Source: Verrucomicrobiota bacterium (GTDB lineage Bacteria > Verrucomicrobiota > Verrucomicrobiia > Limisphaerales > CANJSG01). Taken from it: 54,899 nt of DNA. The stretch spans positions 1 to 54,899 of the forward strand of contig JBBQXJ010000026.1 of NCBI GenBank assembly GCA_038209745.1. Direction: 5' to 3'. Within the stretch, counting starts at the first letter, position 1. Each line of letters opens with the position of its first letter. This document shows positions 9,117 through 17,069 of this stretch, one piece after another. Position numbers and translations under genes: made by a program. The notes beneath the pieces were generated by a model. That model saw nothing but the letters and a program-made list of their open reading frames with translations, was not told where the DNA came from and did not search any database.

Positions 9117-11590
9117 TGCAATTGCTCCGCTCGATGTTCCGCCCGGTCGTCGCGGCCACGGTGGCGACGGTCGTGTTTGCCGGATTCGGCATCACGGCGG
9201 CCGAGCCGTCGCCGGTTGCGATCCGGGAGGAACTGCGGAGCTTCGGCACCTACGCGACGGTGCTCCACATCGCCGCCCATCCCGACGACGAGAACACCCA
9301 GTTGATCGCCTATCTCGCCGGCGGTCGGGGCTATCGCATGGGCTATCTCTCGGTCACTCGTGGCGATGGCGGCCAAAACGAGATCGGTCCGGAATTTGGT
9401 GAACGGCTGGGATTGGCCCGGACGCAGGAGCTCCTGGCCGCGCGTCGGATCGATGGAGGCCGGCAGTTTTTCACGAGAGCCCTGGACTTCGGCTACTCGA
9501 AGAGCGTCGACGAAACCCTCGCCATCTGGGACCGGAAACAGGTGGTGGCCGATGTTGTCCGTGTGATCCGCGAGTTCCGCCCGGACGTGATCGTGACCCG
9601 CTTTTCGCCCGAACCCAGCGGGACCCACGGCCACCACACCGCGTCGGCCGTCGTGGCGCTGGAAGCCTTCAAACTGGCCGGTGATCCGACGGCGTTTCCA
9701 GAACAGCTCGCGGAAGGCCTCACGCCGTGGCAGCCCGTCCGCATCCTGCACAACGGCTGGCGTGGCGAAGACGGCGGGGCGATCACGCTCAAAGCCGGAG
9801 GCAAGGACGCCGTCACGGGCGAGAGCTTCCAGGCCATCGCGATGCGCAGCCGCGCGCAGCACAAGACGCAGGGCTTCGGAATGCGTCCGGCGGGTGATGG
9901 TGAATGGACGGAGACCTTCCGGCTCCTGGGTGGTTCCGCGGCGACCAACGACATCATGGACGGCATCGACACGACGTGGGCCCGCGTGCCCGGGGGTGCC
10001 GAGGTGGCTCGTCTGACCGAAGAGGCGTTGGCGAAGTTCGACGAGAAAGATCCGGCGGCGAGCGTCCCGGCCTTGCTGGAACTCCGGAAGCGGGTTGCCG
10101 CGCTCCCGACCGATCCAGTGGTCGCGGACAAGCGGCGCCAGTTGGACCATGTGCTGCAAGGCTGCCTCGGCTTGACGGTCGAGAGCGTCCCGGCGGTGGC
10201 CGAAGTGGCGCCGGGCGAGACCCTGGCGATCCGCGCTCAAACGAGGGTGCGCTCCAGCGTGCCCGTTCGGTGGGTCGCCGTTAGTGTGCCGGGATTGGCA
10301 GACGTCAAACGGCCGGCCTCGCTCCAGCCGGGCGAAGCCGTCGCCCGGGATCTGTCTTTCATTGTGCCCAAGGCCACGCCGTTGACGCAGCCGTATTGGC
10401 TCAGAGAAGAGCCAACGACCGGAATGTTCCGCGTGGCCGAGACCAAACTGATCGGCCGGCCGGAGAATCCGCCCGCGTTCACGGTCGACTACGAATTCGA
10501 AGTCGGCGGCCAGACGCTGGTCGTGGCGGACGACCTGATGGCGCCGGCCGACGGCGGGAAGCCCGCGCGCCCTATTGCGGTGATCTCGCCGGTGTCGATG
10601 CGGTTCGAATCCGGCGTGGCACTGTTCATTCCGGGCGCGGCGAAGTTGATCCAGGTGGATGTGACCGCTGCGCGAGCGGATGCCTTTGGAATCCTGCATC
10701 TGGAAGCCCCGGGCGGCTGGACCGTTTCTCCTGTCAGCCAGGCCTTCAAGATTGCCCGGGCCGGCGAGAGCACGAAGGCGACCTTCACCGTGAAGGCACC
10801 CGCTTCAGCGGCGTCCGGGGCGCTGCTGGCTGTTGCGGAGATCGACGGAGCAAGGTTCAGCAATTCGCGCGTCGTGATCGATTATCCCCACATTCCGCTC
10901 CAGCTCCTCCAGCCGCAGGCCCGGCTCAAGGTGGCGGCGTTCGATGTCGCCACGCGGGGCAAGGCGGTCGGCTATCTTCCAGGCGCGGGCGACGACACCG
11001 CCGAAGCCCTGGAACAGCTCGGCTACAAGGTGACCATGGTCACGGGAGCGGACCTAACACCGGAGAAGCTCGCGGGTCTCGATGCGGTCGTGATCGGCGT
11101 GCGGGCGTTCAACGAGCGCAAGGATCTCGCCGCAAACCTCCCTGGCCTGTTCGCCTACGTCGAAGCCGGTGGCACGGTCGTCGCCCAATACAACCGTCCC
11201 AACGGGCTCCGCGCCCAACCCCTCGGGCCCTACGAAATCTCCATCGCCGGTCCCGCTCCCAAGCAGCGCGTGACGGACGAGACCGCCCCCGTTTCTTTCC
11301 TCGCTCCGGGCCATCCCGCGCTGACGACACCCAACAAGATCGGGCCGGCGGATTTCAACGGCTGGGTGCAGGAGCGGGGCGCGTATTTCCCGAGTTCCTG
11401 GGACGCGCACTACACACCGGTGTTGGCGATGAACGATCCCGGCGAAGAGCCGTTGAAGAGCAGCGTGCTCATCGCCCGTCACGGCAAGGGCTACTTCGTC
11501 TACACGGGCCTGGCGTTCTTCCGGCAACTTCCGGCCGGGGTGCCCGGCGCTTATCGCCTCTTCGCCAACCTGGTTTCCCTCGGAAAATGA
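9113..11590 (+). CDS. Secreted PIG-L/LmbE-family deacetylase with NEW3-like and class I GATase-like C-terminal domains
   Basis: Signal peptide; 'AAHPDDE', 'TRGDGGQN', 'HGHHTASA'; C-terminal 'GWVQERGAYF' and 'FFRQLPAGVPGAYRLFANL'. Overlaps upstream stop (GTG 9113 or ATG 9116). Confidence 0.9.
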   Translation: MMQLLRSMFRPVVAATVATVVFAGFGITAAEPSPVAIREELRSFGTYATVLHIAAHPDDENTQLIAYLAGGRGYRMGYLSVTRGDGGQNEIGPEFGERLGLARTQELLAARRIDGGRQFFTRALDFGYSKSVDETLAIWDRKQVVADVVRVIREFRPDVIVTRFSPEPSGTHGHHTASAVVALEAFKLAGDPTAFPEQLAEGLTPWQPVRILHNGWRGEDGGAITLKAGGKDAVTGESFQAIAMRSRAQHKTQGFGMRPAGDGEWTETFRLLGGSAATNDIMDGIDTTWARVPGGAEVARLTEEALAKFDEKDPAASVPALLELRKRVAALPTDPVVADKRRQLDHVLQGCLGLTVESVPAVAEVAPGETLAIRAQTRVRSSVPVRWVAVSVPGLADVKRPASLQPGEAVARDLSFIVPKATPLTQPYWLREEPTTGMFRVAETKLIGRPENPPAFTVDYEFEVGGQTLVVADDLMAPADGGKPARPIAVISPVSMRFESGVALFIPGAAKLIQVDVTAARADAFGILHLEAPGGWTVSPVSQAFKIARAGESTKATFTVKAPASAASGALLAVAEIDGARFSNSRVVIDYPHIPLQLLQPQARLKVAAFDVATRGKAVGYLPGAGDDTAEALEQLGYKVTMVTGADLTPEKLAGLDAVVIGVRAFNERKDLAANLPGLFAYVEAGGTVVAQYNRPNGLRAQPLGPYEISIAGPAPKQRVTDETAPVSFLAPGHPALTTPNKIGPADFNGWVQERGAYFPSSWDAHYTPVLAMNDPGEEPLKSSVLIARHGKGYFVYTGLAFFRQLPAGVPGAYRLFANLVSLGK

Positions 11591-11733
11591 AGCGCGTTCC
11601 CGATCCCTCCACCCAGGAAGAACCGCCGGGAGTGCCGGGATTCCGCACTTGGCGCGGCGTCTACGGCTTCGTCTTCGGATTCTTCGTGGTCTGTGTCCTG
11701 CTGCTCGCGCTCTTCACGCGCGTGTTCGCATGA
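11587..11733 (+). CDS. 48-aa single-pass membrane peptide (probable symporter accessory subunit)
   Basis: MKRVPDPSTQEEPPGVPGFRTWRGVYGFVFGFFVVCVLLLALFTRVFA; ATGA overlaps with both neighbours. Confidence 0.8.
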   Translation: MKRVPDPSTQEEPPGVPGFRTWRGVYGFVFGFFVVCVLLLALFTRVFA

Positions 11734-13433
11734 ACCTGATCGATTGGCTGGTGCTGCTCGGCACCATCGTGGGAATCGCCGCCTATGGAGCCTGGCATAC
11801 GCGCGGCACCCGCAGCCTGAACACCTATTTCAAGGGCAGCAGCACCAATGGCTGGGGCACCATCGGCCTGTCGGTCATGGCCACGCAGGCCAGCGCGATC
11901 ACCTTCCTTTCCATCCCGGGCCAGGCCTACGAAAGCGGCATCGGATTTGTGCAGAACTACTTCGGCCTGCCGCTGGCATTGATCATCGTCTGCGTGGTCT
12001 TCCTGCCCATCTATCGCCGGCTCGGGGTCTACACCGCCTATGAGTATTTGGGCCGGCGCTTCGACACCAAGACCCGCGTCCTGGGCGCGGTCCTCTTCCT
12101 CGTGCAGCGCGGGTTTTCGGCCGGGGTCACCATCTATGCGCCCGCGATCATCCTCTCGACCGTGCTCGGTTGGAGGGTCGATCTCACCATCGCGCTCACC
12201 GGATTGCTGGTCATCGTCTACACCGTGACGGGTGGCAGCGAAGCCGTGAGCCTGACGCAGAAGTGGCAGATGGCGGTCATCTTCGGCGGCATGGTCACTG
12301 CGTTCATCGTCCTGCTGATGCGGTTGCCGGAAGGGCTGGGCTTCAGCGGCGCGGCGCACATCGCCGGAGCGATGGGCAAGCTCGAAGCAGTCGATGTGTC
12401 GTTCGATCCCAGCAGGCGCTACACGCTCTGGACCGGTCTGCTGGGAGGGCTCTTCCTGTCGCTTTCCTACTTCGGCACCGACCAGTCGCAGGTCCAACGC
12501 TATATCGGGGGCGCGTCTCTGAGGGAAGGGCGCCTGGGGCTGATGTTCAACGGACTGCTGAAGATCCCGATGCAGTTCTGCATCCTGCTGCTCGGTGCGT
12601 TCGTCTTCGTCTTCTACCAGTTCGACAAACCGCCCGTGTTCTTCAACCAGGTGACCTGGGAACGCCATGCCGTGGGAACGAACGCCCCAATCTTCCGCGA
12701 CATCGAGCAGCGCCACGCCGCCGCCCATCAGGAGGCGAAGGACGACGTGACGAAGTGGCTGGCGATGCGCGGGGCGGGGGATGCAAAGGCGGAAGTGGCC
12801 ACCCGTATGGCCATGGTCGATGCGCAGGGCCGCGTCGACGCCATCCGGAAGGAAGCCAAGGCGGCGTTGAAGGCGGCGGACCCGGACGCGAAGACCAGGG
12901 ACTCGGACTACGTCTTCATCACCTTCATTCTTGCCCAGCTGCCCCACGGCGCGATCGGCCTGCTCATCGCTGTCATGGTGGCCGCCGCGCTGTCGTCGAC
13001 CGCCAGCGAGCTGAACGCGCTGGCCACCACCACGACCATCGATCTCTGGCGGCGGGTGCGGCCGTTGGCGGCGGCGGACGAGGCGCGGAACGTGCGCGTC
13101 GCGAAATGGCTGACTGGCTTCTGGGGCGTGTTCGCCATCGCCTTCGCGCTGTTCGTGGGCATGGCGGAGAATTTGATCGAGGCGATCAACATCCTTGGCT
13201 CGATCTTCTACGGCGTGGTCCTGGGGATCTTCCTCGTGGCGTTCTTCTTCAAATGGATCCGGGGGCCGGCGGTCTTCTGGGGCGCGGTCGCGTCCCAGTT
13301 GTTCGTCTTCCTCCTCTATTTCAGCCTCACCATCGGCTACCTTTGGTTCAACCTCATCGGCTGCGCCGCCTGCGTGCTGTTCAGCGTTTTGTTCCAGGCG
13401 CTTCTCGGCCGCAGCCAGACGGAGTCGGTATGA
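11730..13433 (+). CDS. Sodium:solute symporter (SSS family)
   Basis: Multiple TM helices; 'SVMATQASAITFLSIPGQAY', 'YFGTDQSQVQRY', 'AAALSSTASELNALATTT'. Start set at the ATGA overlap. Confidence 0.95.
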   Translation: MNLIDWLVLLGTIVGIAAYGAWHTRGTRSLNTYFKGSSTNGWGTIGLSVMATQASAITFLSIPGQAYESGIGFVQNYFGLPLALIIVCVVFLPIYRRLGVYTAYEYLGRRFDTKTRVLGAVLFLVQRGFSAGVTIYAPAIILSTVLGWRVDLTIALTGLLVIVYTVTGGSEAVSLTQKWQMAVIFGGMVTAFIVLLMRLPEGLGFSGAAHIAGAMGKLEAVDVSFDPSRRYTLWTGLLGGLFLSLSYFGTDQSQVQRYIGGASLREGRLGLMFNGLLKIPMQFCILLLGAFVFVFYQFDKPPVFFNQVTWERHAVGTNAPIFRDIEQRHAAAHQEAKDDVTKWLAMRGAGDAKAEVATRMAMVDAQGRVDAIRKEAKAALKAADPDAKTRDSDYVFITFILAQLPHGAIGLLIAVMVAAALSSTASELNALATTTTIDLWRRVRPLAAADEARNVRVAKWLTGFWGVFAIAFALFVGMAENLIEAINILGSIFYGVVLGIFLVAFFFKWIRGPAVFWGAVASQLFVFLLYFSLTIGYLWFNLIGCAACVLFSVLFQALLGRSQTESV

Positions 13434-13447
13434 CAAACGGAAGGGAA

Positions 13448-13811
13448 AACCACAGATGGACACAGATGGACACAGATGGGGTGTCCTCCGATGAAAGGCT
13501 GCGCCTCAGCCGGAACGATGTCTTGGAACGGGGCGCGGACGGTCACGTCCGCGAGTCAGGCTCCAATCTCCGAAGCCGCCATGTGAACCGGCGTGGCCAT
13601 CGTCCTCCCGTGTGGAATGCTGCCATCCCGGCCGTGGCTCCTTTCGCCGTGGGACGCGGCCTTGCGGACGTGACCGTCCGCGCTCCTCTTGCGTGGTTCT
13701 GCTTCAGTGATTCCCATGTCGTCTCCATTCCGTTCGGGCGGAGCAATGCTCCGCGCTCCCTGGCCCGCCAGATGGTTTTAGATCTCTGTCCATCTGTGTT
13801 CATCTGTGGTT
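13448..13811. repeat. Cassette bounded by inverted 3x10-bp arrays (AACCACAGATGGACACAGAT...), with a nested GGAG-type REP doublet
   Basis: Left arm 13448-13477, right arm 13782-13811; inner inverted pair at 13530-13552 and 13664-13686. Confidence 0.8.
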
Positions 13812-13872
13812 CGCCTCGGCAGTCTGTCTTGCGACTTTTGTGCCTTTTTGAGGCCTTCACTCTACGTCCGGT

Positions 13873-14649
13873 ATGAGCGCATCGCCCGTCATCTGTTTCG
13901 GCCAGCAACCCTGCGGCTTCTTTCCGCGGAGGTTCCTCTACGCCAAGTTCGTGACGGCCCGCCGGCTCCAGTCGGAGATCGGCGGCGAGATCGTCTTCTT
14001 CTACCACGACAGCGACCACGATCCGCGCGAGACCCGGACCACCTTGCGCCACCGCAAGACCGGCGAACCGATCGAGCTGAACTTCGCCTTCGACAACCCG
14101 GTTCAGCGAAAGTTTTCGCCGCTGTATCTGAAGCGCGTCCGCGCCGATTGGCACGCGAAGACCGCGCTGCAGTTGCCCGCCTATGTGGACCCTCGTTGGG
14201 TGGATGCGTTGCGTGGAAACGCGGCGTCGACCGTGGGCGAATTCTGCCTGGAGATGTATCGGCGAATGGGCTTGCTGGAAGGCGTCCGGGTCGCGAGATC
14301 GAGCGAAGCCGCGTTTCGACGGGCGGCTTGCGACGTGGCGGACTTCTTCGTCGACGTGCCCTTTGAAGACGAGATCGTCCGGGCCCGTTGGATGGAGGGC
14401 GCGTTGAAACTGCACAAGGGCGGCGACCACTTCGTCACGCTCCCTGCCGTGGACTTTGCCAAGGATCAGATCAGCCCGTCCCGCGACAGTCGGCTGCGCT
14501 GGATGCAGTCGGTCCTGCACTGCACCCACTACATTGCCGGCGCCGGCGAGGCCGCCTACTTGAACCACGAAGACGCTCCTGAAATCACTTTCGTAAACCG
14601 CGACACCATCGACCGATCCGATGAAGCCTACACCGACCTCCCAGCCTGA
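13873..14649 (+). CDS. Short BshC-like protein (putative cysteine-adding enzyme, Rossmann core only)
   Basis: 'FGQQP', 'VFFYHDSDHD', 'ISP...LRWMQSVL...YIAGAGEAAY' parallel BshC motifs GQQ, FW..EDHD, SP..LRP..Q and GPGE..Y; sits immediately upstream of bshB1 and bshA. Confidence 0.7.
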   Translation: MSASPVICFGQQPCGFFPRRFLYAKFVTARRLQSEIGGEIVFFYHDSDHDPRETRTTLRHRKTGEPIELNFAFDNPVQRKFSPLYLKRVRADWHAKTALQLPAYVDPRWVDALRGNAASTVGEFCLEMYRRMGLLEGVRVARSSEAAFRRAACDVADFFVDVPFEDEIVRARWMEGALKLHKGGDHFVTLPAVDFAKDQISPSRDSRLRWMQSVLHCTHYIAGAGEAAYLNHEDAPEITFVNRDTIDRSDEAYTDLPA

Positions 14650-15352
14650 CCTCGCGCCGTTGTTGGTCTTTGGCGCGCACCCCGACGACATCGAGTTTGG
14701 TTGCGGTGGTGTCGTGGCCAAGGAAGCCCAGACCGGACGCGCCGTGCACCTGGTGGTCTGCTCGCGCGGTGAAGCCGGTTCACGAGGGACGCCGGAAGAG
14801 CGGATGGCAGAATCGAAGACTTCGGCGGCGGTGCTCGGAGCGACCATCGAGTTCGTCCACCTCGACGGCGACGCCCACTTGGAGATCCGAGCCGCCCACG
14901 CGATCGGTTTGGCGGGCTTGATTCGGCGGGTGAAGCCGGCGGTCGTACTGGCGCCGAGCCTGGTGCAGAACCAACACCCGGACCATTGGCGGCTGGGCAC
15001 GCTGGTGCGGGACGCGGCCCGGTTGGCCCGCTATGGCGGATTGGCCGAACTGCGCGAATTCGCACCACACGCCATCAATTTGCTGCTGTTTTATGCAGTG
15101 ACGCCCGACGCCGAGCCTTCGGATCTATCGCCAGTGTTGGTGGATGTGTCCTCCGTGGTTCCAAAGTGGACTGCCGCGATGGAGGCGCATGTGACCCAGG
15201 TGACGTCCCGCAGCTATGTGGAGCTGCAATTGTCGCGGGCCCGATCCCGGGGACTGCAAGCCGGCGTCGAGTATGCCACGGCGCTCTTCCCGAACGATCC
15301 GCCGTTGATCGATTCACTGCGGCAATTGGGTTCGGGAGCCCGGAGTTTTTAG
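14621..15352 (+). CDS. bshB1: GlcNAc-malate deacetylase, BshB1-like (PIG-L family)
   Basis: 'FGAHPDDIEFGCGG', 'SRGEAGSRGTPEER', 'QHPDH', 'ARLARYGGL'; context with bshA. Confidence 0.8.
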   Translation: MKPTPTSQPDLAPLLVFGAHPDDIEFGCGGVVAKEAQTGRAVHLVVCSRGEAGSRGTPEERMAESKTSAAVLGATIEFVHLDGDAHLEIRAAHAIGLAGLIRRVKPAVVLAPSLVQNQHPDHWRLGTLVRDAARLARYGGLAELREFAPHAINLLLFYAVTPDAEPSDLSPVLVDVSSVVPKWTAAMEAHVTQVTSRSYVELQLSRARSRGLQAGVEYATALFPNDPPLIDSLRQLGSGARSF

Positions 15353-15366
15353 GGCGGATCTTTCGC

Positions 15367-15745
15367 AACCACAGATGGCCACAGACCAACACAGATAGCT
15401 GTCGCCCGATGGCCCACCTTTTCACAGCCGAAGATGTGTTTCAGATCGAAGGATGCGGGTGCGTGCCAGGTCCGGGCATTCTAACCGGGCCGGATTCGCC
15501 GACTGTGTCTATTGGAGAGAGAATCAGATTGAGAACGCCAGCCGTTCTGGAAATTGACTCGGTCGTCAGAGCGGTTGAGATGATTTCTTATCGAAAGAGA
15601 CCTGAGAAAATCTTTGTTCCGATTTTGCTCCCGATAGACATCTCCAAGGACATGGTTCCTGTCGGGACAGAAGCGCACCTGTTGAGGGAAATATAAGAAT
15701 GGCGGATCGTTTCGTATCTGTGTCCATCTGTGTTTATCTGTGGTT
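15367..15745. repeat. Second cassette bounded by the same inverted decamer arrays
   Basis: AACCACAGATGGCCACAGACCAACACAGAT (15367-15396) and ATCTGTGTCCATCTGTGTTTATCTGTGGTT (15716-15745). Confidence 0.8.
15409..15696 (+). CDS. 95-aa hypothetical cargo protein, EF-Tu domain II-like beta barrel
   Basis: 'AEDVFQIEGCGCV..PGI...IGERIRLRTP...IDSVVRAVEMI...ISKDMVPVGTE'; visibly more AT-rich than its neighbours. Confidence 0.6.
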   Translation: MAHLFTAEDVFQIEGCGCVPGPGILTGPDSPTVSIGERIRLRTPAVLEIDSVVRAVEMISYRKRPEKIFVPILLPIDISKDMVPVGTEAHLLREI

Positions 15746-15769
15746 TCCCTTTTCAAGGTTCCATCACCG

Positions 15770-16918
15770 ATGACCACCCTCGCACCTTTGAAAATTGGGA
15801 TCACCTGCTACCCGTCGGTGGGTGGCAGCGGCGTGTTGGCGTCGGCGCTGGGCGAGGAGCTGGCGAAGCGAGGGCATGAGATCCACTTCATCAGCTACGA
15901 GCGGCCCTTCCGTCTGCAGACCGATGCGCCCAGGCTGCAGTTCCATCCGGTGGTCATCAACGACTACGACCTCTTCAAGTATCCCGACTACACGCTGCCG
16001 TTGTCGGTGAAGATGGCCGAGGTCAGTCGTGATCACGGGCTCGACGTCCTGCATGTCCACTACGCGGTGCCGCACGCCACGGCCGCGATTCTCGCGCGGT
16101 CGATGTTGCCGGTCGGGCAGGCTCCAAAGGTCGTCACCACGCTCCACGGCACCGACACGACGCTGCTCGGACGGGACCCGGGCTACGGCCCCGCCATTCG
16201 GCACGCCCTGGACTGCTCGGATGCCGTGACCGCCGTTTCGGCCTTCTTGAAAGGGGAGAGCCAGCGGCTGCTCGGCTTCGGCGGTGAGGTCGACGTGATC
16301 CACAACTTCTTCGATCCGCATCCGCCGCAGCGTTCCCGGGAGGAAGTGCGACGGGAACTGGGCGTCGGGCCGGATGATTTGCTGCTGTTCCATTCGTCCA
16401 ACCTGCGACCGTTGAAACGCGTCGATCTCGTGCTCGAAGCGGTGGCGCGGCTCAAGACTGCGCGCTCCGTGAAGTTGCTCGTGCTGGCGGGCGGAAGCTT
16501 CGCTCCGTTCGGGGAATTGGTGCGCCGGCTGGGTCTGGAAGACCGTGTCGTCGTCCGCGAAAACGTCGCCACGATCGAAGACTATTTGCAGGCGGCGGAT
16601 CTCGGGGTGTTCGCATCGGAGACGGAAAGCTTCTGCCTCAGCATCCTGGAGGCGATGTGTTTCGACTGTCCGAGCGTTTCGACGCGGGTCGGTGGGATCC
16701 CGGAGCTGATCGGCGGCGAAGCGACCGGAATCATGGTTCCCCACGGCGACGCGGAGGGGCTTTCTCGCGGTTTGAGCGACTTGATCAACGACCCGGATCG
16801 GCGTCGGGCGATGGGCCGGGCGGCCAGGGAGCGAGCCCGCGGATTGTTCTCCTCCGCGGTGATCGTTCCCCAATACGAGGCGCTCTATCGCCGCGTGTGC
16901 TCGATGGAGCCGCGTTGA
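15770..16918 (+). CDS. bshA: N-acetyl-alpha-D-glucosaminyl L-malate synthase (GT4)
   Basis: 'KIGITCYPSVGGSGVLA', 'LDVLHVHYAVPHA', 'VTTLHGTD', 'SNLRPLKR', 'SETESF..LEAM'. Confidence 0.93.
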   Translation: MTTLAPLKIGITCYPSVGGSGVLASALGEELAKRGHEIHFISYERPFRLQTDAPRLQFHPVVINDYDLFKYPDYTLPLSVKMAEVSRDHGLDVLHVHYAVPHATAAILARSMLPVGQAPKVVTTLHGTDTTLLGRDPGYGPAIRHALDCSDAVTAVSAFLKGESQRLLGFGGEVDVIHNFFDPHPPQRSREEVRRELGVGPDDLLLFHSSNLRPLKRVDLVLEAVARLKTARSVKLLVLAGGSFAPFGELVRRLGLEDRVVVRENVATIEDYLQAADLGVFASETESFCLSILEAMCFDCPSVSTRVGGIPELIGGEATGIMVPHGDAEGLSRGLSDLINDPDRRRAMGRAARERARGLFSSAVIVPQYEALYRRVCSMEPR

Positions 16919-17069
16919 CTCCGTGAGGCTCCGTCGGAAGGCGGGACTACAGGCCGCGATGGTTGGCCGCGCGACGGAAATTTGTGTCAACCTGTGGCTC
17001 AAGCCGGGTCCGGTGGCCCGGCTGGTTGGCGGCTTGTATTTGGGAAGTCGCGCGCTAGAACTTTGATCC

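Noticed and set aside
13510..13520. Third copy of the MITE terminal repeat (CCGGAACGATG)
   Set aside because: Only 11 bp match, with no partner end or interior similarity.
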